From the NCBI GenBank assembly GCA_030295235.1, contig AP026164.1, positions 1,674,001-1,738,000 on the forward strand: a stretch of DNA of 64,000 nucleotides, read 5' to 3'. This stretch comes from Fistulifera solaris (lineage: Eukaryota). Shown here piece by piece: positions 25,722 to 38,656 of the stretch (positions are counted from its first letter, which is position 1; every line of letters starts with the position of its first letter). The notes beneath the pieces are model-generated. The model ran no database searches. It saw nothing but the letters and a program-made list of their open reading frames with translations, and had not been told where the DNA came from. A program made the translations under genes and the position numbers.

Positions 25722-27309
25722 ATGGCTGACGCAACATCTTTATTCACTCTGTATGAATCGGCGGCGGGTTATGCCCTCTTTGAGGTTGTGGCCATGGAAG
25801 AAATTACAGGAAATCAAGATACATTAACTGATATCAATCGATTCGGTCGCGCTGTTAAGTTGAAAGCCTTCCACCCCTTTGCTTCTGCTTCTGAAGCTTT
25901 GGAGAATGCCAACGCTGTATCCGAACATGCCATGAGTGACACTCTCAAAGAATTCCTGCAAATCAATATGCCGAAGCCCAAAAAGTCCAGTAAAACGGCA
26001 TCTGTCGCTCTGGGCGTCATCGATCCCGGCTTGGCCACCGCCATTTCTTCTGGAACGAACTTCACATGCCGATCCGATGAAACGATCCGAGAGATTTGCC
26101 GCGGCTCGAGACTGCATCTAGAACAAATGGTCAAAGGTTTGCAAGGCTCTTCCACAAAGGCCCAGTTGGGACTTGGTCACGCGTATTCGCGTTCCAAGGT
26201 TAAGTTTAACCCGGCCCGATCCGATAACATGATTATTCAGTCGATTGCTCTGTTGGATCAATTGGACAAGGATGTCAACTCGGCGGCCATGCGAGTGCGA
26301 GAGTGGTATTCATGGCACTTTCCGGAGCTAAAAGATGTTGTGTCGGACAATATTCAGTTCGCACGCGTAGCTGCTTGTGTTCAAGATAAACAGACATTGT
26401 TGACGGGCGACAGCAAGTTGGCCGAGTTGCAGAACATCGTACAAGATGAGGAGACCGTGCAGGCCATAGTTCAGGCTGCGAAGACGAGTATGGGGATGGC
26501 GTGCAGCGATACTGATATGTTGAATATTGTGAACTTCACGCAACGTATGATCCATCTGGCAGAGTATCGAAAGCAACTGTCTGAATATCTGCAAACTAAG
26601 ATGAACATTGTGGCACCCAATCTTTCCGCTCTGATTGGTGATACTGTGGCCGCCCGTCTAATTAGCAAGGTAAGGCTCAAAACAAGCAATCAGTTTACTG
26701 CTTCTGCTTTCTTCGTCTCACACAGACTTTTCGTAGGCCGGATCTTTGACCAATCTTGCTAAATCTCCAGCTAGTACAGTTCAGATTTTGGGCGCAGAAA
26801 AGGCCTTGTTCCGGGCTCTCAAAACAAAGGGCAACACCCCCAAGTACGGACTGATTTATCACAGTACTTTTATTGGAAGAGCCGACGCCAAGAATAAGGG
26901 ACGCATCAGTCGATATTTGGCCAACAAATGTTCCATTGCTACACGAATCGACTCCTTCTCCGATGTTCCGAATCGCCTTTACGGCGAAAAATTGCGAGAG
27001 CAAGTGGAGGAACGTCTTAAATTTTACGAGACGGGACAGGCACCCAGGAAGAACTTGGATGTCATGCAAGAAGTAGCCCGTGAGTTACACGGTACTTCAG
27101 CAACCGAGGAAAGCGCCAAGAAGAAAAAGAAAGACAAGAAGCGAAAATCAGTAGACGCTGATGACACTCAAGATGCCGAAACGCCAAGCTCTAAGAAGAG
27201 AAAGTCTTCGGATGACGACGACGAAGAAGACCAAGGAAAGTCCGCCAAGAAGGCTAAGAAGGAAGAGAAGAAAAAGAAGAAAGACAAAAAGCGCAAGTCA
27301 ACGGAATGA
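25722..27309 (+). CDS. NOP56: Box C/D snoRNP protein NOP56
   Basis: [69 protein letters not shown]-rich tail; intron 26670-26736. Confidence 0.96.
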
Positions 27310-27612
27310 AACTACCAGTAGTTGATCCTACTTTTTAATAAATTAATGTTATCCAGATTCGATTTTACTTTTGTTACATAGCTACTGCTATTGTTTGAAA
27401 ATCATTCTTTCATGATGGGATGATTTATCGACGTTTCACGACGTCTGCCTCTCCTTCAACAGTATAAAACGACAAATCTAAAAGCAGTGGTTCCTAAGAA
27501 TTATGATGTTTTATCGATAAGCTGCTTATTATCTGAAGGTAGGAGATTGATGTAAATCTCTAGCATAGCAATTCGCAAGCAGTGCGACTTAGCAAAGGTT
27601 TTAACTAAACTT

Positions 27613-28435
27613 TCAAATCAAAGGAAGTCCCAGGTCTACAGTGTCGCTTTGGGCCCAGCTGTCTTCTGCTTCAGAATCCAATTCGTAGACCACATCTTCC
27701 TTGGCAATCTTCAGCAAGAATGCCGAAATGGGCTGTAGCGAAATGTCGGAAACAATTGAGTCATCGTCGTCGTCCTCCTGAGGTATGCCATAAAACTGAA
27801 CATCAGGGTCTGGGAATTCCTCCTGCGCCTCGGGAAAGTCAAACCGATATTCTTCGTCTGAACTGTTTTCTCTGGAGGAAGTGTCTGTCTCCACACCACA
27901 AGGAGCATCCCATCCAGCGAACGTTTGCCAAGTATCTTCAACTTCTTCAACAGATGACAAAGATCCATCTCCTGCAGGCTCAGAAGTGAGACCCATGTAA
28001 GAATTCAACTCGATCTCATCAATTTCCATCGCCACTTGTTCAATCTGCTCGCGAATATACTGCCAGAACTGTCGGCATTTGAGGCGCCGTGATTTATAAG
28101 TGGTCAAATAGTATTCTGGATGCTGGGGAAGTGCAAATTCGAGAAAACAAACAAGGCGATGACCCATGACAAAACAGGCTTCAATCTTTTCTTGGTCCAA
28201 CAAAAGCCTTCGGAATTGATGTGTGACCTGTAAAATAGAGAATGAGCCAATCGACTGCAAATGCAAATACTTGCAGACTAACAGAAAACTTTACCCTTTC
28301 GGCCAAAGCAAAGTATTTGTCAATACGACATTTTCGATTAATGTGAAATGATGTTCCTCCAGCCTGCTTATCTTGTTCAATGAGAACCTTCCTTCGAGCT
28401 TCACCATACCGCCGCCATTGTTCCAGAGACGACAT
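27613..28435 (-). CDS. Protein with N-terminal USP8-dimerisation/MIT-like domain and acidic tail
   Basis: IDKYFALAER, intron 28228-28294, then ACFVMGHRLVCFLEFALPQHPEY; no catalytic DUB domain seen. Confidence 0.55.
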
Positions 28436-28947
28436 GATTACTGAATAATCGACTATATCGCTTTACGATTATTTCAGTAAAGGGCTAACGCGACAGCAAT
28501 AAGTTCTGTCGAACGAGAACGAAGGACGATGGGTATCCAAGCCCGGCCGGTTTATTCGAAACAGTGTCTGGAACTAGAATGGTTGTTGTCAAAAGGTCAA
28601 AGAATGGCGAAAAAATGCCCCGAAGCATCTATCGGCACTTTTAGTAATTCTCACAGGTGCTGTATAGGAGACCCGGATCGGCGCGCAGAATTTTCGTCTT
28701 TAATTACGTAAGTTAGTGTGACACAATAAGAAGTCGGATTGGAGCGTGGGTGCTATCTATCACAACATCCACCATTCAACGGAAATTTTGAAATTAAAAC
28801 ATGGCGCCTGCTGCGATGATTTCATGCTGCTAAGGTGTTCCTCGACGGATCTAAATAAAACTAGTTACCAAATAAGAATCAAAGAATAAAGTACATCATG
28901 TTCCTTTCTGGTTCTAACCCTTCCGAGTGAGCCCAAACCGACTACTT

Positions 28948-30471
28948 CTACAACTTGCCAGACTCGTCCGTATTCAGGGGCACCCTCGTGTCTACTTCCA
29001 CTGCGGGAGACGTCTCACTACCATTTGCACTACTACCATGCATGCTACTCAGTTCTTCCTTCGCTTGCTTCATCATGTTGAGCTGATCCTCTTCAGTGAC
29101 TTCCTGGCCCTGTGCCTTGGCCATCGTCGTCATGGTTGCAACAGCAACTCGTGCTTTGATATCGTCAGATGAGTGATGCTCCGCTTTTTGATGCTTGCGA
29201 CCCACAGCTTGAAACTCACGACCCAGTATACGCACCGCTTTCGCTCGTTCGATTCGACTTTCGAGTGGTACACCAGCATCGTTAAAAAGCTTGTAGCAGG
29301 ATTTGGCAATGGTACTTTTAATGTCTCGTTTGTTGATAACCCACGCAAAATTCAAAAAAGCGGGTAACGAACCATCAATAGTTTCTGCCATCATTAATTG
29401 CGCATTAGCATCGTCTTCTTGACCTTTTTGTATTTGTTCTGCCTGATGGAGTGCCTTTGATCCAGCCGTCGCCGCTTTCAAGCCTGCACCAATCAACTGG
29501 AAGTTACTACCAATGCCACTAAAATTCTTTCGAGCACTCGCGACTTGTCCGGAAAACCAAGCATTCTTATCGTATTGGCCAAGAAATTCTTCCGCGGCTA
29601 TTTGCCATGCAAAACCAATGGTAATCAAGTACATCGAGCCGTAAGCACCCTGCGCGATTTTCTGCGCCTCCTCCCTGGCTTCGTCCGCGAAAATGCGCCG
29701 ATCTGTTTTGGCATTGAATGACGAAATACGTTGACGAAGTGCCTGGGCGCATTTGACTTGCCGCAATTTTTGCTGTAGTTCATTGTTCTCTCGAATTTCT
29801 TTGGCTTTTTGTCTCATGATCTCTTCTTTCTGTTCCTCCGTAAGGTCCGTATTTTTCTCCAATTCCTCGAAATCGATACCCGCATCCGGATTCATCATTG
29901 CATCCGAGGTCATGGATGCAATCCACAGCTCTCCTATATAAGGTTCTACTAAGGTACTTCCGAACATGACGTTGAAAAAATCCTGCGGATTGGGCATGTT
30001 CTCGGCGGCCGTAGAAGTTTCCGTGGACTTCCCGTCTCGATCGTAGGCCGCACGTAGCTGTGGATTGCTCAATACCTGATACGCCTCTCCGAGGGCTTGA
30101 AATTTGGCATGAGCTTCGGGGTCGTCTGGATTTTTGTCCGGATGGCATTTCCGTGCCGTTTTGAAGTACGCTTTTCGAATCGTGACTTCGTCGGCATTCG
30201 TGCTCACGTCGAGCAAGTCGTAATATTCACGGTCTTTGACTTGCTTTTCGTCCGAACTGGTCACACTGCTGCCGCTGTTCTTTTGCTTCTTACTCCATTC
30301 GTCTTGTAAGGTATCAAACTCGGCATCTAAGAAATAAAAAACCCAGGCTTTCTCGGACGAGTCATAAATTTTCCCAACTTTCTTCGCTTCATCAGCGATT
30401 CGAATCTGTTCTTGTTTGCTTTCCACGGTAGTTTGTACCTTTTTCACTATAGAAGAGAATATATTTGACAT
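28948..30471 (-). CDS. DnaJ (Hsp40) protein with DnaJ-X domain
   Basis: YYDLLDV..IRKAYF..HPDKNP J-domain, LGEAYQVLS, FFNVMFG..YIGEL, X-domain ERAKAVRILGREF; ATG at 30471. Confidence 0.9.
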   Translation of the reverse strand: MSNIFSSIVKKVQTTVESKQEQIRIADEAKKVGKIYDSSEKAWVFYFLDAEFDTLQDEWSKKQKNSGSSVTSSDEKQVKDREYYDLLDVSTNADEVTIRKAYFKTARKCHPDKNPDDPEAHAKFQALGEAYQVLSNPQLRAAYDRDGKSTETSTAAENMPNPQDFFNVMFGSTLVEPYIGELWIASMTSDAMMNPDAGIDFEELEKNTDLTEEQKEEIMRQKAKEIRENNELQQKLRQVKCAQALRQRISSFNAKTDRRIFADEAREEAQKIAQGAYGSMYLITIGFAWQIAAEEFLGQYDKNAWFSGQVASARKNFSGIGSNFQLIGAGLKAATAGSKALHQAEQIQKGQEDDANAQLMMAETIDGSLPAFLNFAWVINKRDIKSTIAKSCYKLFNDAGVPLESRIERAKAVRILGREFQAVGRKHQKAEHHSSDDIKARVAVATMTTMAKAQGQEVTEEDQLNMMKQAKEELSSMHGSSANGSETSPAVEVDTRVPLNTDESGKL

Positions 30472-30624
30472 TGTAGGTGGATGATAAATGTGATTTGTTG
30501 TTATCAAGGCAGAGGCACGAATGCTTGAGTTGCATTTCAATGGCGTTGTGTTTTTCCTCCGCAGTTTTTTCATTATTATTTCGCTTTCATGTTTTGCGTT
30601 ATTGAAGCCTACAGTACCAGGGAA

Positions 30625-30694
30625 GGACGTTAAAATTCTGCCTCTCAGTACAAGATTCTACGTAGCGTCTACGACGAGGCAGAATTTTAACGCC
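30625..30694 (-). repeat. 70-bp palindromic dispersed element, copy 2 (opposite orientation)
   Basis: Same 17-bp arms at 30628-30644 and 30676-30692; spacer differs from copy 1 at 2 positions. Confidence 0.95.
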
Positions 30695-31199
30695 GTTGCC
30701 AGGTATAGCGAAAACAGTGGTCTTGACTTGTGACGTCAGCGCGACAAACGGGAATATTCGTCACGATTTCGTCGAAGATAAGGGAATTATTCTTGCCGCC
30801 TCAATTGTCAAAGCAACAAACCAACATCCGCTTTGAAAAGAAAAAAAGCTTCTTTATTCGAAACAAAGCAATATTGGTCGAGGGAGAGTGGAAATAACTC
30901 AGTATCAACGAAAACATGTTATACTTACGCTGGCGTTTGGCCGCAATTCTGAAGGGAGGGAGCCCAAGGTAACAAAGTGACGTGACTATGTAGCAAGCTA
31001 TGAAATAAACGACTGCATAAATCTTCTGTTTCTCTTATCTAATCAGTTTGAAGTTAAAACTGATCTGACCCTCGGATACTGTGCCATCCTCGCACTACGT
31101 ACAATCACGTGTCAAATAAAACGGAGTGATGCCTGTAGAACTAAGAAGGAAGGATAGTAAAAGCAACACCATTGCATTATCCGTAAATAAAGATAAAAT

Positions 31200-31913
31200 T
31201 TAACGATAACGCTTGAGACGCATGTTGTTGCGGTTCTTCCAGGCCGCCTTGAACGAACCACCCTTGATTCCATTCGCACGGTGTCCGCTCTTGCGCAAAC
31301 CACGTCCCTTGCGTCCCGCCGAGGTAAGACCGCGCATTTCGCGGTGCTTGTGCACGGGGTTGCAAATCCATTGGATGCGCGGGTCATTGCGAATCTTGGG
31401 GTGCTGAGGATCGACCAAAATAACTTCGTAATACTTTTGCGTGGCATCTTCATTGACCCAGTAACTGTTAAGGACACGAAGGTTGCCGTATTTGCGGCCG
31501 ACCTTTTCTTCGGCAACACTCTGCAAGTTTCGTTCAAATTTCAATTGGTTAACTCCCTGGTGTCTGTTTGATGAAGAAGAGAGAGAGAGAGGAAAGGAAG
31601 AAGCGATGAGTCACCAGTGAAACACACACAATCCAGAGTACATCCCATCGGAAACTTACTTGGGTTTACCAAACACCATACCACGGTGCACCTGACGTTT
31701 GCGGCCTCCACGACGAACACCCGCACGCACTACCACATAACCCTGCTTGGCCTTGTAGCCCAAACGGTGGGCCTTGTCGGTACGTGAAGGACGGTTGATG
31801 GTCAAAATGTTGGGACGTTGACGATATTCCCAAGCGCGGACACGGAGCAAAAATCGCAACGCATCGGACTGCTTGTGACGCCAAAGCTCTTCCATGTACT
31901 TGTAGCAACCCAT
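31200..31913 (-). CDS. RPL15: 60S ribosomal protein L15 (eL15)
   Basis: [26 protein letters not shown]; intron 31564-31659; [22 protein letters not shown]. Confidence 0.97.
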
Positions 31914-32206
31914 TTTGTTGTTGTTTTGTAAGTAATATTATTTGTCAAGCCGATCGTCCAGGCAAGCTGCGGGTGTATTTGATCGATTTACTAAAAAAAA
32001 GTGTTGGGATGGAGAAAATGGGACGGTCGAGCAGACAGTTGTGTAGAAATTACGTAGCCTTGGTACTGGAACCACTTACCTTGTTACTAAAAAATTTCAA
32101 CGCGACATTTTCTTGGACGATTCCGACAAGCTCGGCTTTCACTCGATCCCTTTCATCAACAACACGTTGACTATTTTGTGTCTAACGAGTCTTCTATTAT
32201 TCAAAA

Positions 32207-32656
32207 ATGGTAGCAATTCCAGACCAACTGACGTGGGAAATCGTCCGCCGCAATAACTGCTTCCTCAAGAAGCGCAACGGCCAAACCAAGCGCTCGGGTA
32301 GTGTGCAATTCTCGGTCGAGCCCGGTAACTGCAAGTCCTTGAACCAGCTCAAGTACTCGGCCATTGCAAACAGCAAGGCTTTGGATGTTGTCTTTTCGGG
32401 TGAAAATCGTGCACAGTTGATTAAGAAGACTGCCAGTAAGTCCGGCAGTAAGGTTGCCGTGGCCAAAATCAACGTCAACAAGGATTTCCGTCGTTCCGAG
32501 AAGGTGATTGTCGGACAAGGAATTGATAACTATTACCGACAGGATCTAAAGGGAGCTGTATTGGCGAAATACACTGCAGTATACCAAGCCAACCGTCGTG
32601 CCAAGGGTATCACCAAGCCCGTGCCGGTTAAGAAGGGACGCAAAAGTTCGGCATAA
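32207..32656 (+). CDS. RPL28: 60S ribosomal protein L28 (eL28)
   Basis: LTWEIVRRNNCFLKKR..FSVEPGN..YSAIAN..YYRQDL. Confidence 0.93.
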   Translation: MVAIPDQLTWEIVRRNNCFLKKRNGQTKRSGSVQFSVEPGNCKSLNQLKYSAIANSKALDVVFSGENRAQLIKKTASKSGSKVAVAKINVNKDFRRSEKVIVGQGIDNYYRQDLKGAVLAKYTAVYQANRRAKGITKPVPVKKGRKSSA

Positions 32657-33296
32657 AAATACACATTAAAGGAAACAAACTCTTTTCTTTTCTAGTTTTT
32701 GAAAATTGCTGGAATGCGGATGTTTTTTGAGTATGTAGTGCGCATGAATGATTCTTCCTTTGGGAGAGACGCCTGGAATTGTCAATAGCAGGTAGTACTA
32801 CACTACCGAGACTTATTAGGGCAACCTAACACATCGTAGTGTGCCGTCGACATCTCCAATGCAGTCAAACACATTGTTGCAATGCACACATCAACATCAG
32901 CGAGTACTGTTCTGAGGTTTGCTCTAAGGTAGAATTGCTTAACTGAAGATCTTCACATTTCTTCATTTTCCTTTCAAATGATGGTATCCTGAAATCATAT
33001 GAATAGCCCCTTTGTTCGAAATATGGTGGTGAGCGGTGTTTTAAACAGTGCAAAAGTTTTCAGCAGGGGTAGAGCTTTGCACTAAACAAGTATTTGCTCG
33101 TCAAGTGGCAAGCTACGTCTAGAGACGAAAAAGATGGATCGCGTTGATTCGGGAACGAAAGCAACTAGCCCGAACCCGTGTCGGTCATAATAATATACAA
33201 CATGACCGTTTGTTCGTGTCGTTCAATTTCCATGTAATATAGCAATAGAACAACTACATCTTTTTCTTATCGTATGTGCTTCAAGAACATAGAACA

Positions 33297-34781
33297 ATGT
33301 TATCAATATGGTCTCTACTGTGCTGGGTTTCGTTGATACTATCGAGTCAAGCCCAGGAGCAACCAGAAATTGGCAGTTGTCATCTATGGACGGGGGCTCC
33401 CGAATGTGGCTGGGAACCCAATTTAAAGCCCATGGAAGTCTTTGATAGCACCTTTTATGCGTACGTTCCACCGGATGTATCGACTTATTATAATGAGACG
33501 GACGGTACACGGAAGGTGCATACCATGAAACACAATGGTTTCTTTGGAAAGTTCATCAATCTCTCCCCTGACCCAGTGAGGGTCCATTGGGATGGAGGTG
33601 GAAGCACTGGGTTGATGTATATTTCATCAATACCTCCATTTTCGTCTTCGGGGACAGCCACGTATCCGACACATAAGTTTGTGGTGACTCCGGAGAATGA
33701 TTCGACTACCATCTTGCACAAATGGACTATTCAACCGGGGAATTCGCTCTATTACTACGATCCATTTTACTTTGACTACTCCAAGGCGCAGAAGGCTTTG
33801 ACTGAACAGCAACTTGTTCTCTATCACTTACAGTGGCAGAATAAACAATTCGCGGAAGCGTACAAGAAGTTCACCGGAACTGATTGGTTGGCACTGTACG
33901 GCCAAAAACTGGCTCCGCGTTTCCACCAATGGCGAGCGGATTTCATCGGTCAAACACATTCCATCACAACCAATCAGATCCATTTTGTCGAAAAACCCGA
34001 TCCAGAGATCTTGCAACGCGGAACCAGTGTGTATGGTCCACGACCGGACGAAGTGGCCAACGTCCGACCCCACCGTCATAAGTATCCCGAACTCAATTTA
34101 ACACTCACCGCATTGTCGTGTGCTCCTCGGGTCTTTGAAATTCCCAATTTTCTTTCCGACATCGAGGTAGCGCATATCTTGGACATTGCCGGTGCCGCCG
34201 ACATGCAGCGATCGGGTGTGCGGGCCAATGAAGGATCCGATGTCGCCACCAGTAACACGCGTACGTCCACCAATACGTGGGTCAGTCGCAAGACCGATAT
34301 CATCATTGATGCGATCTATCAACGCGCCGCAGCGGTCTTGCAAATTGATGAATCATTACTACGGTATAGGCACAAATTTGAGGTTCCTGAATTCACCGAA
34401 AGCCGTACGAGTATTGCGGAACCCTTGCAACTCGTGCATTACAATCCGGCCGAAAAGTACGATCCGCATCACGACTTCAGCATGCCGGGTCTCGTTCACT
34501 TACAACCCAGTCGATTTGCGACGCTGCTACTGTATCTCAACGATGATATGGAAGGAGGCGAAACAGCTTTTCCTATCTGGAGAAATGGCGAAACAGCCGA
34601 GCCGCTAATGGTCAAACCGGAACGGGGTAAGGCCGTGTTGTTTTATTCTGTCTTACCGGATGGCAATTTCGACAATCTGAGTCTTCATGAGGCACGACCC
34701 GTCCGAAAGGGCGAAAAGTTCTTGACAAATCTATGGGTATGGGAGCCCTTGCTAGACCACACTACGGCACGACACATTTAG
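33297..34781 (+). CDS. Secretory-pathway prolyl 4-hydroxylase alpha-like 2OG-Fe(II) dioxygenase
   Basis: Signal peptide; PRVFEIPNFLS, RTSTNTW, EPLQLVHY, YDPHHD, RFATLLLYLN, GGETAFP, SLHEARPVRKGEK. Confidence 0.9.
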   Translation: MLSIWSLLCWVSLILSSQAQEQPEIGSCHLWTGAPECGWEPNLKPMEVFDSTFYAYVPPDVSTYYNETDGTRKVHTMKHNGFFGKFINLSPDPVRVHWDGGGSTGLMYISSIPPFSSSGTATYPTHKFVVTPENDSTTILHKWTIQPGNSLYYYDPFYFDYSKAQKALTEQQLVLYHLQWQNKQFAEAYKKFTGTDWLALYGQKLAPRFHQWRADFIGQTHSITTNQIHFVEKPDPEILQRGTSVYGPRPDEVANVRPHRHKYPELNLTLTALSCAPRVFEIPNFLSDIEVAHILDIAGAADMQRSGVRANEGSDVATSNTRTSTNTWVSRKTDIIIDAIYQRAAAVLQIDESLLRYRHKFEVPEFTESRTSIAEPLQLVHYNPAEKYDPHHDFSMPGLVHLQPSRFATLLLYLNDDMEGGETAFPIWRNGETAEPLMVKPERGKAVLFYSVLPDGNFDNLSLHEARPVRKGEKFLTNLWVWEPLLDHTTARHI

Positions 34782-34857
34782 CTGTATTAGAAAGAATCTT
34801 AATAGTTTATATTAGTTTTAAAACTCGCATTGCAGTACTCACTCTTCTATGTTTAAT

Positions 34858-36380
34858 TTAAAGGTTCATGGCACGAGAGCGCTGTTCGAACAAATCACCG
34901 CTGTGTCGCACTAGCCAGTAGGTCACGTCCAAATCCTCTCCCCACGAGCTATTACGTCAAACCAATCCACCTTTTCATCATCTTCGTTTTTACGAAGCAA
35001 AAGAATTCTCCGTCCAGCTCGATTCAAACGCAAGTAGAACTGAATTTTCGACAAAATGGATCGCAATTCCAACGACTGGAAGAACGTATCAAATTTCAAA
35101 TCTTCCAGCTCGTAGTTATTTCGCAAACCCTCCGCGAGTATCTCTAGTTGCTGTCGGTTCCAAATTTTGGGCTGTTTCGGATCATCCATGTGAATACAAC
35201 GGAGAGGCGACAAGTTTTTCTCCAACATATGAGCCCACGATGTCGCGGTGCGTTCATTCGCCACCAAGCTGCCGTTGACAATGAGGCGCTCCAGGCAGGA
35301 CGAATGGTCCAACGAGCTCATCGCGCTTAGCATTTCATTAATGCGGTGATCGTTGATATCACAATAACTGATATTGATCGCTTTCAATTTACGACATACG
35401 GCCGGTTGAAACAATCGCAACAGCGCCGGCGTACCCATGCGGTAATTTCCGCAAACCAATAACTCACCCAGCGGAAAGGACCTAGCCGCAATCGCTGGAG
35501 CCAAAGCCGCGGCTGTTTTCGGGTCCATATCGCACAAGCTCAAGTCGAGCGTCTTGGTGATGGGTGCCTGACAGAGAATCGACACACCGTGCGGGCCCAA
35601 GGACCGGTTGCTCCGGACGACGAGTTCTTCCAGCCCCCCGCGAATGTGCAGAAAATCGGCCAGCATCACCGCATGAGAATCTTGCATGCCGACGTCGTGT
35701 AATTGTAAGCTTTTCAGACGCGGAAAGTACGATCCTCTCAGCTGGATTAACACGCGGCTGATAATGCAATGATCGCAGGTAGAAGAGAAACGATCCGGTA
35801 TCGTTTTGGTGGCGCCTCTTTGGGAGGAAGACCGAGTTGAACTAGTACTCGTAGATCGGACGGATTCTGAATAAGTGACAGGTACGGTGATCTCGCAACA
35901 TAGTTTCCCCAGCGGATTGCGTCGCAGAACTTGAACACAACGTAGATCAAGTGTCTCCAAAGTGGATGCTTGGTTGTGCACCAACAATCGTAGTAGACTT
36001 TCGGGCAACCAGTCATCTAGAATGAGTTGTAAGGACACAAGTCTCGTGTATTTCGCGACCGCCCGCACCAGAATGCACATGGCGTCGCGACTGGAATGAC
36101 GCCAACCGATCGCGACATGTCGTAACGAGGTGTTGTGACGCAAGGCCCGTTCCAGTTTCGCGGCATTGCGGGTGCTCGTGAGATAATCATCATTTTCCTC
36201 TCCGAATCCCACCTTCAGTTTCGTCAGCTCATTGTGTTTGAGTCTCCAGCACAAATCATCCAGAGTGGTGGGCTCTTCCGCGGTCGATATCCGTTTCTGC
36301 CGGAGGAACGAAGGCTTCCATCGCAAGTGTTCTACAACAAATTTGTTACTCGTCTGATACGTTAACATAGAGAGCGCCAT
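34858..36380 (-). CDS. RNI-like leucine-rich-repeat protein of a diatom-expanded type
   Basis: LRR segments (LKSLQLHD, LEELVVRSN, LDLSLC), C-terminal FYLRLNRAGRRIL; frameshift near 34940 gives DLDVTYWLVRH..AMNL*. Confidence 0.75.
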
Positions 36381-37088
36381 TCTTTAGGAATAAATAGCGA
36401 AGCCCGTCAACGACACCTTGACCAGACCTCGCCAGAGATGAGAGCAGTCTCAGTGCTACGGCTTCGTATTTCGTTTGTTTTGCATTTCAAAATGCATTCA
36501 TTTGCATTCTCGAGACTTCGCATAGATCCGAGCTCCGAGTGTTGTCAAGTTTGGGTGGAGAAATGACTACTAAACTTTTTGCACGATAGAGAAGAACAAT
36601 TGGTATTTGGTATTGTATAAATGCCAGTCTCAGTCACGCACCTTGCAGCTTGCAGTACCATAATAACGTCTCCGTAACCTCCAATAGTTTTGTATAGAAA
36701 TATTTCAATGTGTCATCAACGTCGCGTTTCGCGGTTCCCTTCTCCCTTCTTCCGATCCGGCTGACGCAGGAAACAGGACTTGTTCTTCAGGAAAGGTCTA
36801 TTTTATCTCAAGTTTACGGTTTTACGAGATTGAGTTTCATGATCATCATCATCATCATGACGTTGTTCGTCTTTCACAATGAAGGAGACAAAACCGGCCG
36901 CTCCGGTCAAATTATTGATGTTTGATGAAGTCAGCAATGTATACTATGGGAGACGCACGCCCCTCTGCTTGGTACATTTTCTACGGGGGCCTACGTGAAT
37001 GTACACTTTTTCCCGCACTTTCTTACTAGTGTGTCTAGTTGCAGAAGACGCGCTCAATAAGCTTGCAAGTTTCTTCTTTTTAACAGTA

Positions 37089-38656
37089 TTATAAAATGAA
37101 TTTGGACAAGTCTAACTTTTGCGTAACCGACGACATGCGCTCCTGCACCAAGGCAACATCTACTGTCAAAGTTTCTCCTTCCGACTCGGCAGCTTGAAAG
37201 CTAAGCTCTTCCATAATACGCTCCATGACCGTGTGCAATCGTCGCGCTCCGATGTTTTCTACGGTTTGATTCAGTTTCGCGGCCATGCGTGCCATTTCCC
37301 GAATCGCGGCATCTTCAAACACCAGCGTGACCCCCTCGGTGGCCAGCAATTCGACTTGCTGTCGCACCAAATTGGCGACTGGTTCTGTCAAAATGCGATA
37401 CAAATCTTCTTCTGTCAAGCCTTTTAATTCCACTTGAATAGGCAATCGCCCCTGTAACTCTGGTAGCATGTCACTTGGCTTCACGGTATGAAAGGCGCCC
37501 GACTATTACAGAAAAGAGAAAAGCATACCGGTAAGAATTTAACGAGCCGTTCCTTTCGTCTTTCTTTATCAAAATCTCCATCATGCTCTTACCGCAATAA
37601 ACAAGATATAATCCGTTTTAACATTTCCGTGTCGTGTATTGATAGTAGTGCCTTCGATTAAGGGTAGCAAGTCACGTTGCACACCCTCTGCAGAAGCATC
37701 CGTACTCTTGGAACGGTACGAATCACGGGACGAACATATCTTATCAATTTCATCAATAAAGACAATACCAGACTCTTCTACTGCCATAATGGCTTCTTTC
37801 TTCAAATCAACAGTCTCGAGCAACTGATCCAGTTCCACTTGTAGCAGAATTTCCCGAGCTTGCGATATCGGCACTTTTTTGCGCTCCGTGGCCTGTTTCT
37901 TCCCACCTCCCGCACTGGATACACGCTGCCACAAGTCGGACATGGCCACAATGTTTGGATTCAACGTATCTCCCCCTCCCATATCACTGCTGTTGTTTTG
38001 TAACGGCACATCAATTTCAATTTCTTGATCGTCCAATATTCCCTGCTGCAGCATGTCACGAAAGGAGTCGTGTGCCCGGGCCGAGTCGGATTTGTCTTTA
38101 CTGGAAGGACCCGTGAGAAGATGCAGCAATCGTTCTTCGACTTGCACTTTCGCTTGTTCGCGTAATTTTTCCGTCCATACTTTTTTCGTCAATTGCATCG
38201 AAACATCCATCAAATCACGGATTATTTGATCGACATCGCGTCCATGATAACCCACTTCGGTGAATTTCGTCGCTTCAACTTTCAAAAGGGAGCGTCGTGA
38301 ATTTGTGCCATCCGACGAGCGACTTCGGTCTTTCCGCAGCCGGTGGGACCGACCAGCAACACATTGCGTGGCGTCACTTCCGGACGTAAATCGTCCGGCA
38401 GTTGTTGTCGACGCCATCGATTTCGTAAGGCAATTGCCACCGCGCGTTTCGCATCCGCTTGACCCACAATGTGACGATTCAATTCAGCGACTACTTCGGA
38501 TGGTTTCATGTTGACTTTGAGGGGATTGGGAGGATCGGCGGCAGCTAATTTCGCAGAAGAGGAGTCATCATACCGAGGTACAGCCGATGCGAAGCCACGG
38601 AGCACCGAGCGATGCGGCGGAGCTCTCACTAAAATTACCAGTCGACTGACGTTCAT
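37089..38656 (-). CDS. hslU: HslU (ClpY) AAA+ ATPase, predicted mitochondrial
   Basis: [88 protein letters not shown]; intron 37503-37592; frameshift ~38285. Confidence 0.95.

Noticed and set aside
27410..27540. Possible box C/D snoRNA downstream of NOP56 (ATGATG...CTGA)
   Set aside because: Imperfect C box, no convincing terminal stem and no recognisable rRNA guide
30921..31080. ATACTTACGCTGG resembling the 5' end of U1 snRNA, and a nearby ATCAGTTT/AAACTGAT stem resembling U2
   Set aside because: There is an extra base in the splice-site recognition sequence; no U1 loop I/II motifs, U2 branch-point sequence or Sm site are visible
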